Below are positions 54,780 to 64,000 of a stretch of 64,000 nt of DNA, piece after piece. A program made the position numbers and the translations under genes. Origin of the DNA: Planctomycetota bacterium (GTDB lineage Bacteria; Planctomycetota; UBA8108; SXIK01); contig CBDCXR010000004.1 of NCBI GenBank assembly GCA_965223845.1, positions 992,001 through 1,056,000 of the forward strand, in the 5' to 3' direction. The notes beneath the pieces are model-generated. The model was not told the origin of the DNA. It saw nothing but the letters and a program-made list of their open reading frames with translations, and made no database searches. Within the stretch, counting starts at the first letter, position 1. Each line of letters opens with the position of its first letter.

Positions 54780-56744
54780 ATGAAACAACTGAGGTATTGG
54801 AGTTTCCTTCCGGCTGCGTGCCTCCTGGCCCTACCGCTCTTCGGCCAGTCGTCGCTGCAGCTTGGAGGTGCCCCGGTTGCGAAGGAGGGAGACGTCACGA
54901 ACGTGACCGTGACCCTCGATGCCGATGGGGAGGTCGAGGGGATCGTCGTCGCTGCGGATTGGAACGGCGGCGTCGGACTGGGCGACAGCCTGACTCCGGG
55001 CGCGGTCGTCGCCGGGGCGGACGTCCTCGTGACGCGCCTCGAACCAGACTACGCGGTCCTCGGTGCCGTCATGGACAATGACGGTGTCGACCCGACCGTG
55101 ATCCCCGCGGGGGAGAGTCTGATCGCGACGATCGGCATCGAGATCCTCGCGGCCGACGAAGTCCTCAGCGTCCAGCTTACCGACTCGACCTACGCGTCGA
55201 TGGAAGGCAGCCCGCTGCTCGACAACATCATCGTCCAGGGCGGACTCTCGATCGGCTCGGAAGAAGGACTCGGTGGCGTCGGCCCGGACGGGAAGTTCGA
55301 CGTCCCGACCGTCGATTGCCTCCCGCGTCTCTTCTTCTCGGGCCCGCTGGCAAACAACAACGAGCCGACCGCAGTCGCGAACGTGATGCTCGAGAATTGC
55401 GTCCCGGTCGAGGGCTACGTCGTCGCCGTTTGTCACGGCCCGGGCGTCGTCCCGATCGACATCGTCCCGGGTTCGGCCGCCGTTGCCGCTCCGTTCGAGT
55501 TCGCGGCGGGTGAGCTGTCCGCGACCGGCGCGACTCTCGGTGTGGTCCTCGACTTCGAGGCTCCGTTCGCGGGACAGACCCTCGATCCCGGCGTGAACCA
55601 GGTCGCGGTGATCACGTACTCCGTCGAAGACGACAGCGTTTCGAGCGTGCCGCTCGAGTTCTGCGACAATGTCCTCGGCGATCCGCTCAAGGAGAACGTG
55701 TACGTGACGGGCGGTCGCTCGATCGGAAGGGGCGAAGGACTCGTTCTCTTCGACGACGCTCTCACGATCACGCCGATTGGCGATCGCCGTGAGATCTGCG
55801 ACAACGGGATCGACGACGACGGGAACGGACTCATCGACAGCGAAGACCCGGCGTGTCAGCAGGGCTTCTACTGCGGCAATCGCGAGCTCGGCGACGACGG
55901 GCTCCCGACTGACGTCGAGATTCCGCTCGGCGGCGAGGCTGAGGTCTGTTTCTTCCTGCTCACGCCGGAAGATAACGCCATCGGTGAAATCCAGCAGTTC
56001 GATCACGTCCAAGGTTTCTCGATGTCGGTCTCGTACTCCTGCAGTCTTTCGGCTGAGGAAGACCTCGACATCAGCGGAACGATCCTCGAGGCCCTCGGGG
56101 CTGAGTTCGTCTCCGTTCAGGCGGACAACGACCCGAACGACGGTGACGGCTGCGAGCTGATCATCGGTGTTCTCGTCGACGCTCTCCCGCCGTTCGATGG
56201 TGCGACGATCCCGCCGAGCGACCTGCTTCAGCGCGTGGGTTGCGTCACGTTCCATGCGTCCGACAGTCCGGATGTGTGCGGCGAGGAAGGCGTATTCGAA
56301 TTCGTCGACGGATTGAAGGGTCGCGGCAACGTGCCGGTCAAGAACCTGATCTCCGTCGAGAACCAGTCGCGTCGGCCTGCGCTCAACAACTGTGGCTACA
56401 CGGTCGTAGGCGCTCGCATCTTCTTCCGCGGCGACTGCAACTTCTCGGGCGAAGGCATGGGAATGGCCGTCAACATCGCGGATGCCGCGACGACGATCAG
56501 CGCCCTCTTCGCGCCGGACGTTCTGAAGCCGGAAATTCAGTGTGAGGACGCGTGTGATTGCAACGACGACGGTCGCTTCGACCTCGCCGATGCGATGTGC
56601 ATTCTCAACTATCTCTTCAAGTTTGGGCGGGTTCCGTCCGCTCCGGGTCCGGGACTCGATCCCGTCACGTGGGAACCGACTCCTCCGGGACCGGATCCCA
56701 CGCCGGACGCGCTCACCTGCGAGATGGGTACCGGCTGCCGTTAG
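54780..56744 (+). CDS. Secreted protein A1: three cohesin-like domains, Cys-bounded acidic Ca-binding loop, C-terminal dockerin-like module
   Basis: GAGGAGG RBS; signal peptide MKQLRYWSFLPAACLLALPLFG; three ~140-190 aa beta-rich repeats; EICDNGIDDDGNGLIDSEDPAC; RGDCN...IAD and DCNDDGRFDLAD EF-like loops. Confidence 0.7.
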   Translation: MKQLRYWSFLPAACLLALPLFGQSSLQLGGAPVAKEGDVTNVTVTLDADGEVEGIVVAADWNGGVGLGDSLTPGAVVAGADVLVTRLEPDYAVLGAVMDNDGVDPTVIPAGESLIATIGIEILAADEVLSVQLTDSTYASMEGSPLLDNIIVQGGLSIGSEEGLGGVGPDGKFDVPTVDCLPRLFFSGPLANNNEPTAVANVMLENCVPVEGYVVAVCHGPGVVPIDIVPGSAAVAAPFEFAAGELSATGATLGVVLDFEAPFAGQTLDPGVNQVAVITYSVEDDSVSSVPLEFCDNVLGDPLKENVYVTGGRSIGRGEGLVLFDDALTITPIGDRREICDNGIDDDGNGLIDSEDPACQQGFYCGNRELGDDGLPTDVEIPLGGEAEVCFFLLTPEDNAIGEIQQFDHVQGFSMSVSYSCSLSAEEDLDISGTILEALGAEFVSVQADNDPNDGDGCELIIGVLVDALPPFDGATIPPSDLLQRVGCVTFHASDSPDVCGEEGVFEFVDGLKGRGNVPVKNLISVENQSRRPALNNCGYTVVGARIFFRGDCNFSGEGMGMAVNIADAATTISALFAPDVLKPEIQCEDACDCNDDGRFDLADAMCILNYLFKFGRVPSAPGPGLDPVTWEPTPPGPDPTPDALTCEMGTGCR

Positions 56745-56775
56745 TCTCTGACCAAACGGTATCGGCTTCGAGCTG

Positions 56776-56816
56776 AAGAGCACTCGGGACTCTCACGTCC
56801 CGAGTGCTCTTTTTTT
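56776..56816 (+). terminator. Intrinsic terminator after gene A1
   Basis: AAGAGCACTCGGGAC-tctcac-GTCCCGAGTGCTCTT followed by a T run. Confidence 0.88.
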
Positions 56817-57124
56817 GTGTGAGCTCGTCGATACTCGGCGAGCCCTTTCGAGCAAGAAAAATGCTCGGCTGGACCCGCGACACGCCGCTCGTCGACGCGT
56901 AAAATAGCTTTCACGCTGTGTTCCGAGCCGCCTCCGGTGGTCGCCAAATGCGGCTGGAGGCATCTCCGAGGAAGCTCGCGCGCTGTCCGTTCGCCGCGGC
57001 CTTCGATCGGAAGCGCGATCTGCGGACCACTGCAGCTTCACGCCTCGACATCTTGAGTTTTGCTTCACGCTTGGCGTGCGCCGTCTGCGCGCGGCACGCT
57101 TGTGGGACCGAGGATTTGTAAAGA

Positions 57125-59104
57125 ATGAACCGTACGAGAGCTACTCTGCACGCGCTCGTCTGGTGTGTGCTCGCAGCCGGCCCGCTCGCGGCGCAAGAGC
57201 GATTCGAGCTCGCGTTGGGCGAAGGCGTGGGAGCGCCCGGGGAACGCGTGACGATACCCGTGAGCATGACGAGCACCGCCGACGTGCAGGGAATCGTCGT
57301 CGCGTTCGAGTGGAACGGCGAAGTCGCGGAAGGCGTCGAGCTGACGCCGACGGCCGCACTCGATGCGGCGGATCTCGTGGTGGCGCGCGTCGAAGCGGAC
57401 TACATGGTTCTCGGCGTCGTCGTCGACACCGACGGCGATGGTCCCGACGCGATTCCCGCTGTCGACGATCAGACGATCGCCGAGGCGAGCCTCACGTGCC
57501 TTCCCATCGGCGAAGGTGAAGTCTCGACGGGCCTCGCGCTCGTCGACGGCAAGTACGCGTCGATCGAAGGGGGACCGATCCTCGACAATCTGCTCGCGAT
57601 CGGCGGGCTGTCGATTCGCATGGTGGACGGCCTCGAGCTTACGGATGGGCTGCTGACCTGTCGCGCACCGGAGTCTACGGTCGAGTTCGCGATCGTTCCC
57701 TCGGGGGCCGCGCCGGGAGCGTGTGTCGACGTTCCCATCGTCATGGCGAGCAACACGTCGATCGAGGGCTATGAGCTGTCCGTCGTTCACCCCGACGGCC
57801 TCGACTTGCAGTCGATCGAGCTCGGTGCCGCGGCGATCGCGAACGGCGCGGACTTTCACCAAGCCGAAGTGTTCGAGTTTGGCGGCACTCTCGGCGTCGT
57901 CCTCGATCTCAGTGCTCCCTTCGCGGGCAATGTCATTCCACCGGGAAGCGATCTCGAGATCGCGCTCTACCGCTACTGCTGCCCGCCGATCGCGGATCCC
58001 GACGTCGTCGAGATTCTCTTCCCTCTCGAATTCGCGGACGACGTGCTCGGCGATCCGCCGAAGGCGAACACGGCGGTTTCCGGTGGCGTCGAAGTCCCCG
58101 TGACGCTCGTCAACGGTTCCGTTCTGTGCAGCCGCGAGCTCGGCGATGAAATCTGCGACAACGGCGTCGACGACGACGGAGACGGACTTGTCGACGAGAA
58201 CGACCCGGATTGCCGCCAGGCGTCGCAGATGTTCGCCTGCGGAGCGCGCGAGAAGGACGCGGACGGGAATCCCGCCATGCCGACCGGACAGGTCGGTCAG
58301 ACGGTTGAGGTGTGCTTCTTCTACAAGTCACCGGAGGACAACGTCGCAGGTGGCGCGCAGTTCGATCAGGTTCAGGGCTTGTCTATGGGAGTCTGCTACC
58401 CCTGCGAGCTCTCGTGCGACGAATCGTCGCTCGATATCGCAGGAACGATCGTCGAAGCGGTCGAGGCGGATTTCGTGAGCCTTCAGTGTGACAACGACGC
58501 GAACGACGGCGACGGCTGCGAGCTGATCCTCGGGATCCTCGTCGATTCTCTGCCGCCCTTCGACGGGCGGACGCTTCCTCCGACCGACGACTTCATGCGC
58601 GTCGGTTGCGTCGACTTCACGATCGCGAGCGACTCGCAGCTCTGTGGTCAGTGCCTCCCCATCTCGTTCTGCGACGGCGTGAACGGTCGCGGCAAGGTGC
58701 CGATCAAGAATTTGATTTCCGCCGAGAACGAATCGCTCAGCCCGATGGTCATGGACTGCGAGGTCTGCGTGACCGGCGACGGAACGTTCCATCGCGGAGA
58801 CTGCAATTTCTCGGACATGGGAAACATGTCGGTCGACATCGCCGATCCCGCGGCGGTGATCAGCTTCCTCTTCATGTCGGGGCCGTGGCAGTTTCAGCCG
58901 CCCTGCCTCGACGCGTGTGACTGCAACGACGACGGGCGGATCGATCTCGCGGACGCAACGTGTATGCTCCACTTCCTCTTCCTCTTCGGATCGTTTCCGC
59001 CGGACCCCGGTCCCGGATTCGACATGATGGGAATGGAGCTTCCGCGCGGTCCAGATCCGACGCCGGATCTTCTCGGGTGTCAGGGTGGAGCGGAATGCCA
59101 GTAA
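57125..59104 (+). CDS. Secreted protein A2, paralog of A1 with the same architecture
   Basis: Signal peptide ending LAA-Q; GAPGERVTIPVSM and APGACVDVPIVM cohesin-like starts; EICDNGVDDDGDGLVDENDPDC; DGDGCELILG; RGDCNFS and DCNDDGRIDLAD. Confidence 0.7.
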   Translation: MNRTRATLHALVWCVLAAGPLAAQERFELALGEGVGAPGERVTIPVSMTSTADVQGIVVAFEWNGEVAEGVELTPTAALDAADLVVARVEADYMVLGVVVDTDGDGPDAIPAVDDQTIAEASLTCLPIGEGEVSTGLALVDGKYASIEGGPILDNLLAIGGLSIRMVDGLELTDGLLTCRAPESTVEFAIVPSGAAPGACVDVPIVMASNTSIEGYELSVVHPDGLDLQSIELGAAAIANGADFHQAEVFEFGGTLGVVLDLSAPFAGNVIPPGSDLEIALYRYCCPPIADPDVVEILFPLEFADDVLGDPPKANTAVSGGVEVPVTLVNGSVLCSRELGDEICDNGVDDDGDGLVDENDPDCRQASQMFACGAREKDADGNPAMPTGQVGQTVEVCFFYKSPEDNVAGGAQFDQVQGLSMGVCYPCELSCDESSLDIAGTIVEAVEADFVSLQCDNDANDGDGCELILGILVDSLPPFDGRTLPPTDDFMRVGCVDFTIASDSQLCGQCLPISFCDGVNGRGKVPIKNLISAENESLSPMVMDCEVCVTGDGTFHRGDCNFSDMGNMSVDIADPAAVISFLFMSGPWQFQPPCLDACDCNDDGRIDLADATCMLHFLFLFGSFPPDPGPGFDMMGMELPRGPDPTPDLLGCQGGAECQ

Positions 59105-59221
59105 GTTCGGAGTGTGTGATCGCCAGCGCGCATAGGCGGCTGGCGTAGCGCGAGAGTGGACGGGGGGAAATCCATGATTGGTGCTAGGTCGGAGGGCAGA
59201 GAGAGGGAGAGGAGTTGGGTG

Positions 59222-60721
59222 ATGTCGAGGTTCGTCGGAACTGCCCTCGTTGCGGTCGTGATCGCTGGGGCGAACGTGGGAGCGATCGCCCAGGAGTTCT
59301 CCTTGGCGTTCGATACGCCCGAGGAAGTTCGAGGAGAGGCGGGCAGCACCGTCGGGATCGACGCTGCCGCCGTGCTCGCATCGAGCGCCGCCTCTCCCGG
59401 AGCGAGTGGCTGGCTGGTTGCGATCTCGGCCGAGGGCGCGACCGTAGTCTCGGCGACGACTGCGGGCACGGTCGGAGCGGAGGCGACCGATGGGGCGCCG
59501 GGTATGCGCGACGACGGCTTCGAGTCGACCGAGATCATCGATGCCGGCGGGGGCGTGATCAGCCGCGTCATTCTTTCCGAGTCGCTACCGGTCACTCTTC
59601 CTTCGGACGGGACGTACGACGTGCTCCACCTTCGCCTCGAGGCGGACGTGCCGCCCCCCGGGCGTGACGAAGTCGGAGATTTCGTCTGCGAGCCGCAAGT
59701 GGCGCGGCTTCTCTTCGCGGACGGTCTGATCGGCGCCGAGGGTGCCGCGAACAACTCGGTCTTCTACGGGGAAGGCGCGGAGGGCGCACCGACGATGTCC
59801 GAGTCGGAGATCCGGGTGTGTCCGCAGTTCGAGCAGATCATCGGCTACAGCATCGACGTCCTCGCTCCCGCCGGCGTGCGCGAGCGCGTCGAGGACAACA
59901 TCGCGTACTGGACCGTTCCCGTGCCGGTGTCCGCCAACACAGTGGACGTTACGGCGGGCGTGCGCCTTCACTCGAAGATCGACGACCCGGCCGCGGACGG
60001 AATTCAGGGTTGGTCCTGCTCGATCGTCACCGATCCGAGCTTCTTTCTCCTCTCGGCAACGGTGCAGCAGACTGCCGGGGACGAGGCTCCGATGGGCCTT
60101 CGTGATGGCGGGTTCGAGCGCACGGAGATCGTCGATCCGACCGATCCCGAGAACGCGGGACGCGAGGGCGCAGTGACGGCCGTCGTCCTTTGCTTCGGCT
60201 GTCCGATCACGCTTCCCCTCCAGAGCGAAGAGCTCGTGCTGAGAGTGACCGGTGAGGTCGATGTCTCGAGCATCACCGCTCCCGACCAGACGATCGACCC
60301 GATCACCGTCCGTCCGACGAGCATCGACGAGCTCGGGCTGCGCGGATCCGGGATCCCCGTAAAGACGACGGCGACGATCCTCGGCGATACCCGGACCCCG
60401 GATGTCCAGGGGCTCTCGTTCCAGCTCGTGGGCGCTCGTCAGACCGTGCTTCTTCGGGGCGACGCGAACGCCGACGGACGGGTCAACATCGGCGATCCGA
60501 TCTTCATCGTTCACGACCTCTTCCTCGGCGGCGTGCCGGTCGAATGTACGGATGCCGGCGACGCGAACGACGACGGTTTCATGGACATTTCGGACGCGCT
60601 CTACTTGATCAACTACCGCTTCCGGGCCGGACCGGCGCCGCGCGCACCGTTTCCGAACTGCGGCGCCGACACGAGCGGTGACGATCTCGCGTGTCCGGGA
60701 AGCCAAGCTCGTTGTTTGTAG
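59222..60721 (+). CDS. Secreted protein B1: two cohesin-like domains plus dockerin-like module
   Basis: Signal peptide ending AIA-QE; GW motifs, AVVLCFGC; RGDANADGRVNIGD and DANDDGFMDISD; PAPRAPFPNCG tail. Confidence 0.7.
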   Translation: MSRFVGTALVAVVIAGANVGAIAQEFSLAFDTPEEVRGEAGSTVGIDAAAVLASSAASPGASGWLVAISAEGATVVSATTAGTVGAEATDGAPGMRDDGFESTEIIDAGGGVISRVILSESLPVTLPSDGTYDVLHLRLEADVPPPGRDEVGDFVCEPQVARLLFADGLIGAEGAANNSVFYGEGAEGAPTMSESEIRVCPQFEQIIGYSIDVLAPAGVRERVEDNIAYWTVPVPVSANTVDVTAGVRLHSKIDDPAADGIQGWSCSIVTDPSFFLLSATVQQTAGDEAPMGLRDGGFERTEIVDPTDPENAGREGAVTAVVLCFGCPITLPLQSEELVLRVTGEVDVSSITAPDQTIDPITVRPTSIDELGLRGSGIPVKTTATILGDTRTPDVQGLSFQLVGARQTVLLRGDANADGRVNIGDPIFIVHDLFLGGVPVECTDAGDANDDGFMDISDALYLINYRFRAGPAPRAPFPNCGADTSGDDLACPGSQARCL

Positions 60722-61356
60722 GGGAAAAGATAGGGTCCGACCGGGGGCGGCGGCCGCACCGAACTAGACCGCTTCAAACCCGCGTTTCGCCGGCGGAGAA
60801 GCATGAATTCGTCGAAATGGTCCTTTCCTTCGTCCGGGGCGACAGATAGAATTCGTCCTAGCCTTTAGGAGAGGGTCTGCGACGCCACCGGTTTCGAGGG
60901 GCGACGTACTCCAGAGGCGATCAGCTACGACTAGTATCCTGGTGATCACTAACGGGTGGGTGCGTGCCTCGGCTCGATCGAGCGGCGCTAAACAGTGCCG
61001 GCGGAGCAGAGGACCATCGAGTTGCGGGTGCCGCCGCGATCGCTCAGCTCACGCGAGCTTCGCGGTGCGGCTGTAGTTTGGCGACTCGGCCGCATTCCGC
61101 GACAGTGTAGGCGGTCACGGGTTCCTACCGGGTGCAGAGAGTGGACCGACCCGCCGATCGTTCGGCGAATCGGACAACCAAGAATTCCTCAACCGGCAGT
61201 TCCTAGTGGGGTTCGGCCACGACGGTGTTTTAGCGTTTCGGTGTGTTTCGGATTCAAAGGGTCTTTTCGTCCTCTCGCGTCTAGATCGCGAGAGACTTTC
61301 GCGCGCGGCCGGTGAACTTCGTTCGAGCGGTCGCTTCCACGGGAGGAGAATCGAGA

Positions 61357-62775
61357 ATGAAGAAAGTGTGGATTTCCGGTCTCGTCGCCTGCGCGGCGCT
61401 GTGTTTCACGGCCGGCCTCTCTGCTCAGGAATACACCCTCGGCTTTTCGGGCCCCGACTCGTTCAGCGGCGCGGCGGGCTCCACCGTCGGTGCGGATTAC
61501 ACCTGTGATCTCGCGCACTCCGGCGATGGTGTCGGAGCGCAGGGTTGGTCCCTCGGTATCGTCGCCGACGGTGGCACGATTACGTCGATCACCACGGATG
61601 GCACGAAGACCGAAGAGGTCTACGACAGCGGCTTCAACAAGACGCGTCTCGCGACCGGCGACATCGCCGGTGCGGTGAGCGCCGTCGTCCTCTGCTTCGG
61701 TTGCCCCAACGTCATTCCGCCGAACGAGCAGCATCCGATCCTCGCGATCGGCGTCGAATTCGACATTCCCGCCGGAGGTGGCACGGCTACGCTCAGCTAC
61801 CAGGAAGGCCTCGTCGGTGAAGGACAGCCGGTCGATCTCGTCGTCACGGAGAACGGGATCAGTGCTCCTTTCGTTCAGGAAGAGAAAACCATCGCCCTCA
61901 GCGAATCGATGGACTGCTGCTCGGCGGCGTTTCTCTCCGGATTCAACCTCGGGCGCGCCGAGCCGCTGATCACGGACGACGACGATGACGCTTGTACCGG
62001 ATCGGCCACTCTCGTCGCGAGCGGGCCGACTCGCGTGTACGCGGCGGCGAAGTCGAACACCGACGGCGCCGGCATCCAAGGCTGGTCGTTCGGCGTCGAG
62101 TGCCGCGGCGATATCAGCATCGACGACATCTCGGACGTGGGCTCGGCAGCGGCGCCGGTAGCAGACGGCGGGCTCTACGACAGCGGCTTCAACAAGACGC
62201 GTCTCTCGCCGCCCGAGAACAATGACGACGGTCGCCGTGGTGCGGTCAGCGCGGTCGTCCTGTGCTTCGGTTGTGACAACGCGCTCGAGCCGGTCGGCAC
62301 CGAAGCGATGATCGGCATGGATATCAGCGGTACCGGCACGGGCGAGCTTCAGTTCGCGTCGGGCCTCATCGGCGAAGGTCAGCCGGTCGACAACGTCCTC
62401 ACCGTTCTCGGCACCAGCGTCCCCGTTTGTAACTGGGACGAAAACGGCAGCGGCCCGACGCTTACGATCGAGTTCAGAGAGCCGGAGGGTGTCGGCCCGA
62501 TGGTTCGCGGTGATGCGAACGACGACGGTAAGGTGAACATCGCCGACCCGATCTGGATCATCAACGAGCTCTTCCGCCAGGGACCGGCGACGGGTTGCGA
62601 AGCTTCCGCCGATGCCAACGCGGACGACGCCGTCGATCTCGGCGACGCGATGTACATCATCAACTACCGCTTCCTCGCGGGTCCGGCGCCGAGCGCTCCG
62701 TTCCCGGACTGCGGTTCGCTCGAAGTCGGTGCGACGTCGCTGTCGTGTGACACTCCGCACTCGAACTGTCTGTAA
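61357..62775 (+). CDS. Secreted protein B2: two cohesin-like domains plus dockerin-like module
   Basis: GGAGGAG RBS; signal peptide ending LSA-QE; internal repeat QGWS...YDSGFNKTRL...GAVSAVVLCFGC...GEGQPVD twice; RGDANDDGKVNIAD and DANADDAVDLGD. Confidence 0.72.
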   Translation: MKKVWISGLVACAALCFTAGLSAQEYTLGFSGPDSFSGAAGSTVGADYTCDLAHSGDGVGAQGWSLGIVADGGTITSITTDGTKTEEVYDSGFNKTRLATGDIAGAVSAVVLCFGCPNVIPPNEQHPILAIGVEFDIPAGGGTATLSYQEGLVGEGQPVDLVVTENGISAPFVQEEKTIALSESMDCCSAAFLSGFNLGRAEPLITDDDDDACTGSATLVASGPTRVYAAAKSNTDGAGIQGWSFGVECRGDISIDDISDVGSAAAPVADGGLYDSGFNKTRLSPPENNDDGRRGAVSAVVLCFGCDNALEPVGTEAMIGMDISGTGTGELQFASGLIGEGQPVDNVLTVLGTSVPVCNWDENGSGPTLTIEFREPEGVGPMVRGDANDDGKVNIADPIWIINELFRQGPATGCEASADANADDAVDLGDAMYIINYRFLAGPAPSAPFPDCGSLEVGATSLSCDTPHSNCL

Positions 62776-62827
62776 TCGCCGACTGAGCGGGGCCTCCGCG
62801 ACATCGGAACCCGCGAGCGATTCTTAG

Positions 62828-62871
62828 AAACAGGTCTCGAAAGTGCTGCGGCGCTTTCGAGACCTGTTTTT
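62828..62871 (+). terminator. Intrinsic terminator after gene B2
   Basis: AAACAGGTCTCGAAAG...CTTTCGAGACCTGTTT followed by TT. Confidence 0.85.
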
Positions 62872-63581
62872 CGTTATGGTCTTCCCGCGCCAGGCCGCAG
62901 GCGGTGCGCCTAGCGGATATCGTTCTCCCGTCCGCGTCCTCCTCGGCGACGACGATCCTCGTGTCGTCGCGCCCGGGCGATGCACCGCCGATCTCGAGCT
63001 CGCACCGCACCCAATACGTTGGATGTACGGTAGCGAAGCCTCGGGATACGTTCTTCCCTTCCCGGACCATTCCGGCTTAGAATAGCTGCTGTCTGTGCAG
63101 GGGTTTGGGCCCCTTCGCGGTTTGGGTTTGGAGTCTCCTTCGCCATCGTTCGGCTGGGTAGTCGACGACTGGCAACCTCGCCGTAGCACAGAATCTCATC
63201 AAACAGCGTGACGGCGCACGCGTGGGGTCGGGCACGCGAGGGATCGGAGAGCTAGGGTCGTCGCTGCGACCCGGGCACGCTCGTTTCGCTTCGGGGTTCG
63301 GTGTCTCGAAGCGGAGCCAGTCGAGTGTCCGTGTCGTGTGTGCGGCGAGTGAGCCATCGGCGTCGATCGCGGCGGTCGCTCGATTTGGTCGAAGCGTCCC
63401 GCGCCCCCGCGCGGAGTGCTCGCGTCGAGTTTGCCGTTTTCGAAATCGAATCGAGTTTTCGCAATTACAGATTGCTTTCGGAGTCGGGAATGTGCCCGGG
63501 AGCTGTCTCGGAGGGAGGCGGCGTTTCCCGACGTACGAATCACCAGACTAGATGGAACGAGGACACAACGAGGAGAGAGAA

Positions 63582-64000
63582 ATGAGATACGGTTGGAATA
63601 AGGGCCTCGCGGTCGTCGCCGCGGTCGTCATTTCGACGAGTGCGGCCTTCGCCCAGGAGTACACGATCGGATTCGCCGGACCGGAGTCGCACTCCGGAGC
63701 GGCCGGGGAGACGGTGGTGGGCATCTACGACTGGACTCTCGGTCATTCCGGTGACGGAATCGGTGCGCAGGGCTGGTCGCTCGGAGCAGTCGTGGACGGC
63801 GGTACGATCCTCTCGATCACCACCGACGGGACGAAGACCGAAGAGCTTTACGACAGTGGATTCAACAAGACGCGTCTCGCGACGGGTGATATCGCCGGTG
63901 CCGTGAGCGCGGTCGTCCTCTGTTTCGGCTGTGATGCGGTCATCCCGCCGAACGAGACCCATCCGATTCTCCGCACCGAGGTGGAGTTTCCGATTCCCGA
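63582..64000 (+). CDS. Secreted protein B3, paralog of B2, truncated by the window end and missing from the ORF track
   Basis: GAGGAG RBS; translated by hand MRYGWNKGLAVVAAVVISTSAAFA-QEYTIGFAGP...GAQGWSLG...YDSGFNKTRLATGDIAGAVSAVVLCFGC. Confidence 0.8.
   Translation, partial: MRYGWNKGLAVVAAVVISTSAAFAQEYTIGFAGPESHSGAAGETVVGIYDWTLGHSGDGIGAQGWSLGAVVDGGTILSITTDGTKTEELYDSGFNKTRLATGDIAGAVSAVVLCFGCDAVIPPNETHPILRTEVEFPIP

Overview
High-GC bacterial chromosomal window, most likely from a Planctomycetota member (inferred from the DUF1501 protein, the YKxGQG-type SecE, RpoA starting MRIRWRDFE and planctomycete-style C-terminal dockerin-like tails). 1-17.8 kb holds metabolic and transport genes: DUF1501, a 2-hydroxyacid dehydrogenase, an Nramp-like transporter, a UAP-type pyrophosphorylase, a catalytically degenerate signal peptidase homolog, a Co/Ni ECF transporter, an RlmJ-like methyltransferase, a ceramidase-family protein, dGTPase, ispD, ispF and cysS. 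18-51.4 kb is the translation/transcription superoperon: tRNA-Thr/Tyr/Gly/Thr, tuf, tRNA-Trp, secE, nusG, rplKAJL, rpoBC, rpsLG, then the S10-spc-alpha genes; fusA, rpmG, rpmD, adk and rpsD are absent from their usual places. 51.6-64 kb has a parvulin-type PPIase, an alpha/beta-hydrolase lipoprotein and a tandem array of at least five secreted, non-catalytic proteins built from cohesin-like repeats; the four complete ones end in a dockerin-like module. This array is the best candidate for an undescribed system. Also notable: a ~440-nt structured S10 leader with a terminator right after rpsJ, an RGG-tailed uS5, a divergent IF-1 and a 15-bp tandem repeat abutting tRNA-Tyr. All calls come from motif recognition by eye; no database searches were run.
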